Below, piece after piece: positions 36,346-46,461 of a DNA stretch of 55,195 nt (positions within the stretch are counted from its first letter, which is position 1; the number at the start of each line of letters is the position of its first letter). The notes below the pieces were generated by a model. That model searched no databases, was not told where the DNA came from, and saw only the letters and a list, made by a program, of their open reading frames with translations. The DNA is taken from the IMG/VR virus record IMGVR_UViG_3300017735_000009, positions 1-55,195 of that record, one strand, 5' to 3'. The translations under genes and the position numbers were made by a program. Origin of the DNA: a virus. Its lineage: Duplodnaviria; Caudoviricetes.

Positions 36346-37098
36346 ATGTCCAGAAAAGCAAGAAAGCAAAAGTGTAATAAGTATCGTAAACAACAAAACG
36401 GAGATAACTATTTGAGAGTAATACAGGGTGGCGCCATAGAACGCCAAAGAAATACTAAAGTAAGTATAACACCAAGGAACTTTAATCAAGACGAGTTACT
36501 TGGCTTATTAGAAGATCGAAATATCAATATAGTGTTTGCAGTAGGTCCAGCAGGAACGGGTAAAACACTAATCTCAACACTCGCAGGAATCAAAGCATTA
36601 AAGGAAAATGACATAGATAAATTTGTTGTCACACGTCCTGCTGTGAGCGTAGATGAGCAACACGGTTTCTTACCAGGCACGTTACAGGAAAAGATGGCGC
36701 CATGGACGAGACCTATCTTTGATGTGTTCGAGGAGTATTATTCCCCTGAGCAAATAGAATATATGTTGAACGATAATAAAGTAGAGATAGCACCTCTGGC
36801 TTATATGCGTGGACGTACATTTAAAAACAGTTTCATTATTGCAGACGAAATGCAGAATGCAACAGACAGTCAAATGAAAATGCTGTTAACAAGAATAGGT
36901 GACAATAGTAAAATTGTTGTTACTGGCGACTTGGCACAGCATGACAGAGGTTTCGAGAGCAACGGATTAAAGTTGTTCATTGAAAAATTAATGAGATCAA
37001 AGAGTGATCGTATTAAACTGGTACAGTTTAATCAAGGAGATATAGCAAGGCATCCAGTGGTCGATGAAGTGCTGAATATCTACAACGACGAAATATAA
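36346..37098 (+). CDS. phoH: PhoH-family ATPase
   Basis: GPAGTGKT, TRPAV, GFLPG, PLAYMRGRTF, DEMQN and TGD..Q.D motifs. Confidence 0.95.
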   Translation: MSRKARKQKCNKYRKQQNGDNYLRVIQGGAIERQRNTKVSITPRNFNQDELLGLLEDRNINIVFAVGPAGTGKTLISTLAGIKALKENDIDKFVVTRPAVSVDEQHGFLPGTLQEKMAPWTRPIFDVFEEYYSPEQIEYMLNDNKVEIAPLAYMRGRTFKNSFIIADEMQNATDSQMKMLLTRIGDNSKIVVTGDLAQHDRGFESNGLKLFIEKLMRSKSDRIKLVQFNQGDIARHPVVDEVLNIYNDEI

Positions 37099-38606
37099 TC
37101 TTGTTTTAGTTTTATGTATCGAGTAACATGATCGTTGCTCGATGCATAGAATTTATCACTGTAGTAGAATTTTTTACCTTGCTTCAGTACTTGTTCTTTA
37201 AACTGTTGCTTGCCTTCTACACTCAACAAATCATTCAAACCTAAGGCTCTACGACTCACAGCCTCCCAACTATCTAACATTGTGATACCTTTCTTGAACA
37301 CGTTAGATGACAGCCTTCTTGAATATATTGTTGCCTGTTTGAAATTCATAGTACCGTGTTCCCAATCGAGTATATGTTCATTACTGCCAGGCTTTTTAGG
37401 TTTTATAGTTATACCAAACTTCTCAGGGTTTTTGTTTATCTCTGCATAGTTTAATTCATTATCCTCTACTGCATACACACCCAGTGGTTGTATAATAGCA
37501 GAGTCTAACAGTTTTCTTTCAGTTAGTTCTTCCCACACATCTAATACATGTTCAATGGGTTCTGGTGGTAGGCCAACTATGTAGCCACTGCATATCCACC
37601 AATGAGGGTACTTCTCACGTAATTCTTCCAAGTAGTTCAAACTACTCACACGTTCTATACCCTTGCGTATGCGTTTACTTGCTTCTCTGTGCAACGTTTC
37701 TATGCCAAAGTAATGTCCATGGAAGCCACAGCGGTCAAGCATCTCTGCTTGGTGAGGTCTTGCTTTAAGTAAATCAAATCGTGTGTATCCAATTATCTTT
37801 GGCTGATAGTCTAATTGTGTAACAGCACTCAGCAAGTTTTCTATCTTAACATCGTCCTCGTTGAATGTGTCATCCACACAACTAAAATGCTGTATGCCAT
37901 ATTTGTTTTTTGCTGTTTCAAAATAATGCTGTAAATCTTTTGGGTCAGCATCGTGTGTGTTTTTAGCATTGCGGAATTCAAAGTTACAAAATGTACAATT
38001 AAACTTACAACCTAATCTTGTTTCAAAACTCACTATATCATTTTCTGTTAGACAGTAATCATCATACAGTATTGGCACTATGGGTTTCTCGACTATGTCT
38101 GTACCAGTCCTGTGATACACTGTGCAATCGCCTTTCATAGTAATAGTATTCAACAAAGGTTCATGTGGAGTATCGAGCCATCGTGTAAACAAGTGTAGAC
38201 TTCTGCCTCTGAACACTGCATCAGGCACTATGTCACAGTTTGGGTCGAGAACAGCAATAGGTCCTCCTGTGAAGTATTTACTGTCGGGGAAGTGTTGTTT
38301 AAATTTATTAACAAAGTCGTACAACTTGTTGCCTTTGCTTATTAAGAATTTATTAAACAATGATGTGCTTAACAACAAAGGGTTTGTAACGTTCTGCGAT
38401 TCGCACCATGTCACAATGTTTTCTAACAGTGTGTCGTTATCCCAGTCATAAAAATAGTCAAACAGTGTTGCAGAGTAATCTCTTTTTACTATTTCATGAT
38501 GGATTGCCATTGGTGCTAATGGCCTAATTACTTGAGCTCTCTCACCACTCATATTAGAGGAGTTGGTGCAGTCGATTATAATCGCACCGTCAAGATATGG
38601 ATTCAT
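37080..38606 (-). CDS. radical SAM protein (B12-binding / class B-like architecture)
   Basis: ETRLGCKFNCTFC, DDTFNE, FGIET and IVGLP, with a long N-terminal domain. Confidence 0.85.
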   Translation of the reverse strand: MNPYLDGAIIIDCTNSSNMSGERAQVIRPLAPMAIHHEIVKRDYSATLFDYFYDWDNDTLLENIVTWCESQNVTNPLLLSTSLFNKFLISKGNKLYDFVNKFKQHFPDSKYFTGGPIAVLDPNCDIVPDAVFRGRSLHLFTRWLDTPHEPLLNTITMKGDCTVYHRTGTDIVEKPIVPILYDDYCLTENDIVSFETRLGCKFNCTFCNFEFRNAKNTHDADPKDLQHYFETAKNKYGIQHFSCVDDTFNEDDVKIENLLSAVTQLDYQPKIIGYTRFDLLKARPHQAEMLDRCGFHGHYFGIETLHREASKRIRKGIERVSSLNYLEELREKYPHWWICSGYIVGLPPEPIEHVLDVWEELTERKLLDSAIIQPLGVYAVEDNELNYAEINKNPEKFGITIKPKKPGSNEHILDWEHGTMNFKQATIYSRRLSSNVFKKGITMLDSWEAVSRRALGLNDLLSVEGKQQFKEQVLKQGKKFYYSDKFYASSNDHVTRYIKLKQDYISSL

Positions 38607-38929
38607 TATAATATTTTGCGTATTTGGTAATCAAATGGCTCAACAGTTTTAATCTCAAATGGCTTACCAAATATATCTTTACCCACTATGTGCGTGGCTG
38701 TTTTCTTGCTGATATCTTTTAATTGGAACTCTTTGCGATTACGTTTTACTGTTTTAAGGCCTTCCGCATTAATAGTTGTTTCAGTGTGAAACCAAACAAC
38801 TACTTCATACTCTTCTTTCCACAAGCTCAACCACCATTGCCACAGTCGTTTGTACCATACTAATTTGACTACGAGTACTTCCGTATCCTGTATAACTGTT
38901 TTCTTTGTTGTGTTTGTTGGCTTCTTCAT
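38606..38929 (-). CDS. hypothetical protein
   Basis: 107-aa ORF between the radical SAM paralogues. Confidence 0.7.
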   Translation of the reverse strand: MKKPTNTTKKTVIQDTEVLVVKLVWYKRLWQWWLSLWKEEYEVVVWFHTETTINAEGLKTVKRNRKEFQLKDISKKTATHIVGKDIFGKPFEIKTVEPFDYQIRKIL

Positions 38930-38937
38930 AATACTAT

Positions 38938-40380
38938 TTATCCAATTAAGTAGGCACTTTTCTGCTTAATGTACTTTTGAACTAATTTAGTACGTCTTAC
39001 GTTGTGTGCTGGTAAAGCCATGTTATATTCAGCATGACTAAGTCCTGGTAAGCAACTTTTAATACTTTGGAACTCGTGACCAGTGTATCTGCTTTGTAAG
39101 TTCTTATCATAGTAATCATCGAGCCAACTTGTAATACGGCCTGCCTCGGTAGACGATGTCCAATCATTAGCCCATGATTGAGAACTGTAACCTAACTCCG
39201 GCCAATTCCTGTCTGTGCCTATAACTTCGTATCCAAACTTTTTAGGATTTAAATCAATGTCACTCATTATCTCAGTGTTATCAAGACCTTGATAAAGCCT
39301 TAATGTATTACATCCTGCACTGGTTAACAGTTGTTCGTTAACAACTTTTTCAGCATAGTATCTAATATCTTTCTCACAGTCGCCAGTTAAGCCTATAATA
39401 AAATTACCATATGTAAATATGTCTGGGTGCTCATCACGAATCTTTGCCAGTGTATCCATGTTCTTTTCTGGTTTACCACCCTTACGTATTAACTTGGTTA
39501 CGTTGGTAGAAAAACTTTCTATGCCAAAGAACATGCTTTTAATATTAGCACGTTTTATTAGTTCCATTTGATGCGGCTGTCCACCAAGTACATCTAATCT
39601 AATAAATCCCATTAGGTCAGGCTCAAATGTTAAATCCTCACATACATCACCTAATAGTTCTAACTTATCGTCAATCTCATTCATGGTGTCGTCTGCAAGA
39701 TAAAAATGCTTGATGCCAAACTTATCATATGCTGTTTGCATAGTTTCTGTTAACAATTCTTTGTCTACGAATACACTGTTCTTATTACCTCGATAGTCGT
39801 AGCCACAAAAACTGCAATTAAACTTACAGCCAAGTGCCATCTCTAATGACATTGTTTCTCTGGGACTCCAAAAGTCACCGTCTTTAGGAACAACACTGAC
39901 AGCAGTTTCACGTATGATTTTGTCTGGGTTTTTGTATGTTAGTGGGTTAGTTGAATGAACGTATTGATCTAAGTCTTTACCTTCAAGCCAATCTGTGAAT
40001 ATGTTGGTACATCTACCCATGAATGCTAAATCAACCCAACTGCTATCACCTACAGTAACACGATACCCACCTAACATTACTTTAACAGGGCAGTGTTTTT
40101 TTATTTTAACAACAAGTTCTTTGAATGCTTCTGTGCTACTACCATCGATACTGCCACTTAGACTAATCCAACACGTTGGATCATCACCAAAGAAACTCAC
40201 AATACTTTCTATGAGTAGTTCTTCAGGCCAATCTTTCCAATAGTCAATAGCCTCAGCATCTACACCGTGGTTGTTGGCTATGTTTACAATATGGTGAACA
40301 CCTGCTGGCCTATTATTATTTAATAATGTACCTACACGTGTAGGCTTGGCACCTAAATCTGACATTACAATTAATTTCAT
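38938..40380 (-). CDS. radical SAM protein (B12-binding / class B-like architecture)
   Basis: EMALGCKFNCSFC, DDTMNE, FFGIES and FIIGL. Confidence 0.85.
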   Translation of the reverse strand: MKLIVMSDLGAKPTRVGTLLNNNRPAGVHHIVNIANNHGVDAEAIDYWKDWPEELLIESIVSFFGDDPTCWISLSGSIDGSSTEAFKELVVKIKKHCPVKVMLGGYRVTVGDSSWVDLAFMGRCTNIFTDWLEGKDLDQYVHSTNPLTYKNPDKIIRETAVSVVPKDGDFWSPRETMSLEMALGCKFNCSFCGYDYRGNKNSVFVDKELLTETMQTAYDKFGIKHFYLADDTMNEIDDKLELLGDVCEDLTFEPDLMGFIRLDVLGGQPHQMELIKRANIKSMFFGIESFSTNVTKLIRKGGKPEKNMDTLAKIRDEHPDIFTYGNFIIGLTGDCEKDIRYYAEKVVNEQLLTSAGCNTLRLYQGLDNTEIMSDIDLNPKKFGYEVIGTDRNWPELGYSSQSWANDWTSSTEAGRITSWLDDYYDKNLQSRYTGHEFQSIKSCLPGLSHAEYNMALPAHNVRRTKLVQKYIKQKSAYLIG

Positions 40381-40391
40381 ACTTGTATTTA

Positions 40392-41321
40392 TTATCCTTG
40401 TGCATTCATCTGTAACTCAATTAGGGTAGCACTAAGATTAATTTCAGGATCAGCACAACTAACACTTTTTACTAAACCATCTCTAATAATAACCACTGCT
40501 TGGTCTTGTTGTAAGTCTGTTGTTCCCCACAGTCCAATATTGCGATACATAAATCTGTACACATCTTCGTATTCTTCTGGTCTTGCTTGGGTAACAATTA
40601 GTTCACGTGCTTCTTTAAAGTTGCCTTGCTTAAATAATTCTACTACACTCAGCATCCATTCAGCAGTGCCTTTTTGATCTCCCACTTCGGGTCTGTTTAG
40701 TACACCGTCTTTTACATTTTGTTGAACAAGGTTAATACACTTACGCAAATCTGGATAACTTGCTTGTACATAAGTATCAAGTGTTTCTATATCAATGCTA
40801 ACACCCTCATCTATGCATATGGTTGCAACACGACTTGTGAACTCATTGATATCTAACTTCTCAATATGAAAGCCTTGACACCTGCTTTGTATTGCTGGAA
40901 TAATCATATGGACATGATTACAAGTGAGAATGAATCTACATGTTGATGCGTATGCTTCCATTACTCCACGCATAGCCGCTTGACCGTCTTTGGTCACATA
41001 GTCAGCCTCATCGAGTATGATGTATTTCAATTCACCGAACGGTAACGTGCTACTAAACTTTGTTATCTTGTGCCTAATAACGTCGATACCGTTCTCACTA
41101 CTGGCATTAATCATCATGATGTCCATGGGACTTACATTTAATTCTGCTAACAGTAGTTTTGCCAAAGTGGTCTTACCAGTTCCAGGCGCACCACTAAACA
41201 ACAAGTGAGGCAATGCACCCTCTGATATCCAACTCTGTACCTGCTCTTTTTGTTTCTGATCTCTAAAAACGTAGCCGTCTACGTTGTTGGGCCTATATTT
41301 TTCTGTCCATAATTCTTTCAT
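40392..41321 (-). CDS. clamp loader ATPase subunit (RFC / gp44-like)
   Basis: LWTEKYRP, GAPGTGKT, INAS, LDEAD and SRC motifs. Confidence 0.93.
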   Translation of the reverse strand: MKELWTEKYRPNNVDGYVFRDQKQKEQVQSWISEGALPHLLFSGAPGTGKTTLAKLLLAELNVSPMDIMMINASSENGIDVIRHKITKFSSTLPFGELKYIILDEADYVTKDGQAAMRGVMEAYASTCRFILTCNHVHMIIPAIQSRCQGFHIEKLDINEFTSRVATICIDEGVSIDIETLDTYVQASYPDLRKCINLVQQNVKDGVLNRPEVGDQKGTAEWMLSVVELFKQGNFKEARELIVTQARPEEYEDVYRFMYRNIGLWGTTDLQQDQAVVIIRDGLVKSVSCADPEINLSATLIELQMNAQG

Positions 41322-41354
41322 GTGTATACCTGTGTGTGTTCAAAATGTCTTAGC

Positions 41355-41384
41355 ATTATACATTAAAAATAATGTTTTGTCAAC
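41355..41384 (-). promoter_or_regulatory. sigma70-type promoter GTTGACA-N17-TATAAT
   Basis: Hexamers at 41378-41383 and 41355-41360. Confidence 0.7.
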
Positions 41385-42357
41385 GATAAGTTAATGACTT
41401 TATAAATTCTTTTGTAGATTTTTCCCAGCAATGCTTTAATGCCTGCGTTTCGCATAACGTCCTGTTATAATTCAAAACAATCTCTACTGCTTCGTGTAAA
41501 TTTTCTTTGGTGCATCCTGTGATGCCTGGCTCAATGATATCTATTGGTCCTGTTACTGGATATGCCGCAACTGGTGTACCACACGCCATACTTTCTAACA
41601 TAACGTTACCAAACGTATCCGACTTGCTTGGAAATACAAATACGTCTGCAGATGCATACCAAACTGCTAACTGGCTTTTTGTTTGCTCCCCAGTAAAAAT
41701 AACGTCTGGGTATTTGCTTTTTAGTTCTTGCAAGTACGGTCCATCACCGCACATTATCTTTGTTGCCCTATCGCCAAATTGTGTAGTGTCTAAACTACAA
41801 AAATCATCCAAACCTTTTTCTTTGATAGCTCTGCTTACACATAACAATATAGGTCTACCCACTGTGGTAAGAGCATTTCTTTTACTTGGATTAAATATTT
41901 CTTGATCAACACCTCTTGACCAAACACGTATGTTCTTAAACTTGTTATCGTGTAACTCTTGTTTACCGCTGTCCGTTGGAACTAATATTGCTGTGCTGAA
42001 CCAATGTAACAATCTAAATATTTTAAAAGTCCAGGTAGTAGGTATATAATATTTTTGCTTTATGTACTCAGGCCAATTGGTATGGAATCCTGTGGTAAAT
42101 GGTATGCGATTAAATACACAATGTTTTAAAAACTTAAATCCTATTTTGCTTTCTGGTGTTGCTATGTAAATAGCATTAGCCCAAGCACACCACTTGCGTT
42201 CTTCTCCTGCTATGTATTTTGAGATTACTTGTACTGAAAATCCTTTATTCTCTAATTCGTTGACAGTGGTTTTTAATGCTGTAACAACTCCGTTAGTGTG
42301 TTCCCAATAATCAGTAACTATTAGAATATGGGTTCCTTTGACGTGATTAATATTCAA
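41380..42357 (-). CDS. glycosyltransferase family 4 (GT-B)
   Basis: NGVV, RGVD, FVFPSKSDTFGNVMLESMACGTPVAA. Confidence 0.9.
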   Translation of the reverse strand: MNINHVKGTHILIVTDYWEHTNGVVTALKTTVNELENKGFSVQVISKYIAGEERKWCAWANAIYIATPESKIGFKFLKHCVFNRIPFTTGFHTNWPEYIKQKYYIPTTWTFKIFRLLHWFSTAILVPTDSGKQELHDNKFKNIRVWSRGVDQEIFNPSKRNALTTVGRPILLCVSRAIKEKGLDDFCSLDTTQFGDRATKIMCGDGPYLQELKSKYPDVIFTGEQTKSQLAVWYASADVFVFPSKSDTFGNVMLESMACGTPVAAYPVTGPIDIIEPGITGCTKENLHEAVEIVLNYNRTLCETQALKHCWEKSTKEFIKSLTYR

Positions 42358-42360
42358 GTG

Positions 42361-43164
42361 CTATTTGCTACGATGTTTTTGATTTAGTTTTACGGATGTT
42401 TCTAATATTTTTAATTTTTGATTCTTACTGTCAGCATATTTTAAAATACCTGCTGTGTCTTTAGGAAAACAGTGTCCACCAAAACCAAACTTACCATCTG
42501 GACCTGGTACTTGCATGTGAGTGTTTCCTATGCGACTATCTCTGGTCAGCATGTCAGTGAACTGAGACCATGAACTATTTGCACCACTGGCTTCGTGTAA
42601 ATCGTACAACTCGTTGAAGAATGATACCTTGGTTGCTAACCAACTGTTAATGGTATACTTTAATAAACTTGCACTGATTAAATCAGTTTTAAATGTTGGT
42701 ACAACTTTTACTTTGCTGTATCTCACATAAGCCTTTTCTACTATGTCGCAGTCTTTCCATTTGCCACCCAACACTTGCATTTGAGGATTAATAAAATCGT
42801 TGTGGGCATTTGCTTCTGTGAGAAACTCTGGATTGTAAACTAAACGTATGCCAAAGTCCTTTTTCATTTTAGTAAGATGATCTGGTGTGATTGTGCTTTT
42901 CATTACCACAATGCCTTTATAGTTTCTATCCCACAAGTCACTTACTACTTGTCTTGCTATAGATACATCAACATCACCATTATCAGTTTCTGGTGTAGGT
43001 ACGCACACAAAGGTTATCTGTGGATCAAAGTCACCTACCAGATCTTGTATGTTGTTATGTTCGCTCACAACAGGATCAACAATGTATAAGTCTACAGATT
43101 CTGTGTCGAATCCGTTTATAACACTGCCGCCTACAAAGCCTGCGCCAATAACACCAATCTTCAT
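42361..43164 (-). CDS. UDP-glucose/GDP-mannose dehydrogenase family protein (lacks the C-terminal domain)
   Basis: GAGFVG, CVPTP, KSTI.P, NPEFL and GFGGHCFPKD. Confidence 0.88.
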   Translation of the reverse strand: MKIGVIGAGFVGGSVINGFDTESVDLYIVDPVVSEHNNIQDLVGDFDPQITFVCVPTPETDNGDVDVSIARQVVSDLWDRNYKGIVVMKSTITPDHLTKMKKDFGIRLVYNPEFLTEANAHNDFINPQMQVLGGKWKDCDIVEKAYVRYSKVKVVPTFKTDLISASLLKYTINSWLATKVSFFNELYDLHEASGANSSWSQFTDMLTRDSRIGNTHMQVPGPDGKFGFGGHCFPKDTAGILKYADSKNQKLKILETSVKLNQKHRSK

Positions 43165-43165
43165 A

Positions 43166-43384
43166 TTATACTAAACTCGCTACCAACTTAACTGCATCAA
43201 TGATTTTACCTACCATTATGGCATCTGCTTCAGTGCCAATCTTAGCACTGATTTTAGCAGAGTCTGTGATGTCTTCTACAAGCTCATTGTATTCACTTTC
43301 TGATAAATCTCCAGCCTCATGCAATCCTTTTAATTCAGTTACCTGTGCTATCATTTCTTCTTGTAATTTTGTATAATCGCTCAT
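43166..43384 (-). CDS. hypothetical protein
   Basis: 72-aa coupled ORF. Confidence 0.65.
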   Translation of the reverse strand: MSDYTKLQEEMIAQVTELKGLHEAGDLSESEYNELVEDITDSAKISAKIGTEADAIMVGKIIDAVKLVASLV

Positions 43385-43761
43385 TTCTTTCTATCTCCAA
43401 ATGTATCCATTGCTTGGTCAATCAATGCTGTTATGTTGTTTCTTTTTATTTTGCAATATGCTGGAGAAGGATCTGTTCGTTCTACCAGTTGCATAATTTC
43501 TGTGTGTATGCCTTCATATATGTCTGCGATGTTTTCTTTTAGTGTGCCTTCGCTGTACTTCATCAATACCGCACTGTGATATCTCATAGCGGATAATTCC
43601 ATACTGTTACATGACTCGCTAAGAGTTGACATCACTGCCAGTTCAGATAGTTTCATATATTCGTTGCCGTCAAAATTCTCTGGTATGTACTTGTTAAGGT
43701 TTGTACACGATACCATAAAAAATGTTATTGCTATTGTTAGTGCTAAAGTTGTTTTATTCAT
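43381..43761 (-). CDS. lipoprotein
   Basis: Start reassigned to MNKTT (GGAGG RBS); lipobox MVSC. Confidence 0.7.
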   Translation of the reverse strand: MNKTTLALTIAITFFMVSCTNLNKYIPENFDGNEYMKLSELAVMSTLSESCNSMELSAMRYHSAVLMKYSEGTLKENIADIYEGIHTEIMQLVERTDPSPAYCKIKRNNITALIDQAMDTFGDRKK

Positions 43762-43999
43762 CTCTGCCTCCAAGTTTTTTAATTGCTTCTTTGTCTTTTT
43801 GTTCTTGTATCCAATCCTCTTCTCCGAAGTAGTGTGGAGAATTTTCAATTGCCTTCTGTGCCTGCCACAATACTTTGTAAATCTTTTGCTTACAACCAAA
43901 TCCATTAAAGCCATCTATGTTTGGGTCGTGCATTACACCTTCCCATTGCCATAGTTGTTCTTGTATTGCTTTGTTACCTGTTTTTTCAATGTACGGCAT
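43754..43999 (-). CDS. hypothetical protein
   Basis: Start reassigned to MPYIEK (GAGG RBS); DPNIDGFNGFGCKQ. Confidence 0.65.
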   Translation of the reverse strand: MPYIEKTGNKAIQEQLWQWEGVMHDPNIDGFNGFGCKQKIYKVLWQAQKAIENSPHYFGEEDWIQEQKDKEAIKKLGGRDE

Positions 44000-44567
44000 T
44001 TTCGTCCCTCGGTGCGTATTTAACTGTGGGGTCTTGATCTTTACCCCATATAAAAAATTGTATTGATACTCTGTGATAATTGTTGACTGTTGTAACTTCA
44101 TGTGGCATAACATCTCCCTCATTGTATAAGGCCCAAACGCCACAGTTATATTTTGGTATGACAGAGTATGACTCTTTTGACTGTTCATTCTCCCACCAAA
44201 GAAATTCTCCACCGTTAGAAGTGTCATACTCTTTGTTTAGAAATACTGTTAAACTACCGAGGGCAGTATCAGTGTGTCTCGGTATTCTACTTCCTGGTGA
44301 GATTTTTTGTATTGCTATATTAGTGTATCTTAAACGAGCATCGTTATGAAACGGTGAGTTTTCATTGTCAAACAGTAAAGATAGTACTAATAGTTTATCT
44401 TTTTTAGATATATGTTCTGTGTAGTTAACAGGTAAAGTATTCTGTTCGGTCATTAGCGGAGGCCATATGTCGTAACTTAATAAGTCGTCTTCTTTGACTG
44501 TGATATATTTATTATGTAGTGAGTCTATTACATCCTGCGGAAATACATTCTCAATATAATTAAACAT
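43986..44567 (-). CDS. 2OG-Fe(II) oxygenase
   Basis: HTD...GGEF...HEVT.V...R.S. Confidence 0.85.
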   Translation of the reverse strand: MFNYIENVFPQDVIDSLHNKYITVKEDDLLSYDIWPPLMTEQNTLPVNYTEHISKKDKLLVLSLLFDNENSPFHNDARLRYTNIAIQKISPGSRIPRHTDTALGSLTVFLNKEYDTSNGGEFLWWENEQSKESYSVIPKYNCGVWALYNEGDVMPHEVTTVNNYHRVSIQFFIWGKDQDPTVKYAPRDENAVH

Positions 44568-44722
44568 TATCTACCTGATTCTTGCCCCACGGCACTCATT
44601 AGCAGTGGTATTGCTAACAGCAACCACCATCCGGAAATAAACTCTCCTATGATGGCAACCAGTAAGATACATCCTACTGCTCCAGTTGTGCCTATGCCTG
44701 TTTTACTTTCTGGAAATTTCAT
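44567..44722 (-). CDS. small membrane protein (51 aa)
   Basis: Own translation MKFPESKTGIGTTGAVGCILLVAIIGEFISGWWLLLAIPLLMSAVGQESGR; TAATG coupling on both sides. Confidence 0.65.
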   Translation of the reverse strand: MKFPESKTGIGTTGAVGCILLVAIIGEFISGWWLLLAIPLLMSAVGQESGR

Positions 44723-45099
44723 TATTGATCTAATACGTTAGAGTAAGAGCCATCGAATGCTGTGCTCTTGTTGTAATTTAATTGTTGCGATGGTTGTTCG
44801 TCACTTACTGCAAGGCATCCTTCAGGATCTATTTTCCAAACTTTTGTTTTACCATCTGGAAAACGCTCATCCTCACATTCAAGTCCCTCGGTCCATCTAC
44901 CATAAGCAACATATACCCACTGACCTACTGTTAATTCTTTGTCTGCTTCGGGACCTAATTCAAATATTTGAAACCAACGTGGTGTGATACCTTCACTCTT
45001 GCCAGCAGTGGATTTAATAATCAACCCTGACTCAGTTGTCATATCACCAAAGTCACCATTGATGCATAAAATGTTGTCTCTGATTGCTCTTAGTTTCAC
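44722..45099 (-). CDS. GroES-like co-chaperonin
   Basis: MKLRAIRDNIL...TTESGLII...GP...LTVGQWV. Confidence 0.75.
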   Translation of the reverse strand: MKLRAIRDNILCINGDFGDMTTESGLIIKSTAGKSEGITPRWFQIFELGPEADKELTVGQWVYVAYGRWTEGLECEDERFPDGKTKVWKIDPEGCLAVSDEQPSQQLNYNKSTAFDGSYSNVLDQ

Positions 45100-45437
45100 G
45101 TGTTTGTTCCTTTTAATTTGTTCAATGCTAATGCTGTATCGAACATTGCTTTTATCTCACTGCCTTCTGCACTCTCAATTACATCAAGTAATGCATCCAA
45201 CTTTTGTATTTTATCTTCAGTTAAAACATGACTGCCTATTGTTATATTACCAGCAGGTATAGTAGGATCTGAAATAGTGATAGTGTTGTCTAAAGAAAAA
45301 TAATCACTATCACAAACAGACCAATTAGTAGTGGTAGTAGTGTCGCTACTATAAACTGTGTCGCCACTGTAAATTGTGTCCAATTTGCTCAAGTCTAAAT
45401 CCAAAACTATCGACGAATCTTCAATTGAATTTGTCAA
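45096..45437 (-). CDS. hypothetical protein
   Basis: 113-aa S/T/D-rich ORF; start uncertain. Confidence 0.55.
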   Translation of the reverse strand: MTNSIEDSSIVLDLDLSKLDTIYSGDTVYSSDTTTTTNWSVCDSDYFSLDNTITISDPTIPAGNITIGSHVLTEDKIQKLDALLDVIESAEGSEIKAMFDTALALNKLKGTNT

Positions 45438-45442
45438 GGTTT

Positions 45443-45946
45443 TTACTTATCCTCTTCTCTATAATATGGAACCATGTCAATATCACCGTTTGGTAACTCT
45501 ACTTCTTTGAAACCAAGAGGCTCTGTTCCTTCTGGTGCATCAAATTCATCTGGTTCATTAACTTCCGGTGGAATATCTGAGATACTTAAATTTTCTTTGT
45601 CTGCAATAACTTCGTCTACTGTGTCTGCTACAGAAGGTTCTTGCATTGTGCGTAGATTTTCTGCGGCTGTCTTAGCAGTTTTAACATCCATTATTGGTTG
45701 TTCGTTAGCGTCAGGTGTTAGTGTTGGTCTTTGACCTTTAATACTTGCCTGTGCAGTACTACTCTTAGGATTATTTTTATAATATGCTCTAACACGCTCT
45801 TCCGAGGATTGCACAACAACACCATCTCGCACTGTTTCGCCTTTAGCATTAACGCCCATGTTGCCGACTGCTACTGACTTTTCATTAGCCGCCATTATAG
45901 CATCCATATCAATTATCGTGCCTTTGTTTGATCTTCTGTTTACCAT
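45443..45946 (-). CDS. conserved phage hypothetical protein
   Basis: G..IDM......NE...AVGNMGVNAKG. Confidence 0.75.
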   Translation of the reverse strand: MVNRRSNKGTIIDMDAIMAANEKSVAVGNMGVNAKGETVRDGVVVQSSEERVRAYYKNNPKSSTAQASIKGQRPTLTPDANEQPIMDVKTAKTAAENLRTMQEPSVADTVDEVIADKENLSISDIPPEVNEPDEFDAPEGTEPLGFKEVELPNGDIDMVPYYREEDK

Positions 45947-45954
45947 TTTTTCCT

Positions 45955-46425
45955 CTACTTTAAAAATTCTCTAATATCCAAATTGTATTTTATACTGTCT
46001 ACTTTATGTATGCCTATTAGATAAAGACAGTAACTTGCTACGCAACTGCCTCTTCCAACACCCCAAACAAGATTATTCATTCTCAGGGTATCAACTATAT
46101 ATATCAGTAATTGTAGCACCGGAAATAGGTTCCTGGCACTAAATTCTGCTAATTCCTGTTCTACTCTCGCATTGACAGATATATCTGAATCGCCGCTTTG
46201 TGGAACTAACCCTCTAATATATTCCTCAACATCAATGTTCTTGTAGTGTTGCGGAATGTTAAAGTCCTTACTGTAGTTGCCTGTTTCGGATAACACTGGC
46301 AATTCTAATTCAGTACAAAACTCATTAAATTTGTTTACAACATCTTCACTGAACGGCACGTCTTCTATGTAACGTGTCCTATATAATAATTCAATGCCTG
46401 TGTTCTCAGAATAGGTATGTGTCAT
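45955..46425 (-). CDS. DNA polymerase III alpha (DnaE) fragment
   Basis: RVEQEL..F....L...VWGVGRGSCVASYCLYLIG...D.IKY.L....FL, then a stop codon. Confidence 0.8.
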   Translation of the reverse strand: MTHTYSENTGIELLYRTRYIEDVPFSEDVVNKFNEFCTELELPVLSETGNYSKDFNIPQHYKNIDVEEYIRGLVPQSGDSDISVNARVEQELAEFSARNLFPVLQLLIYIVDTLRMNNLVWGVGRGSCVASYCLYLIGIHKVDSIKYNLDIREFLK

Positions 46426-46431
46426 TAGTTT

Positions 46432-46461
46432 ATTATACAGTGATTAGTCAATATGTCAACC
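46432..46461 (-). promoter_or_regulatory. sigma70-type promoter GGTTGACA-N16-TATAAT, near-leaderless
   Basis: The -10 box ends 6 nt before the ATG. Confidence 0.7.

Noticed and set aside
36232-36489. 85-aa minus-strand hydrophobic ORF
   Set aside because: It is antisense to the phoH start and leader and has no supporting signals.
43381-44227. Long overlapping ORFs suggesting overprinting
   Set aside because: Downstream ATGs with good RBSs (43761, 43999) remove the overlaps.
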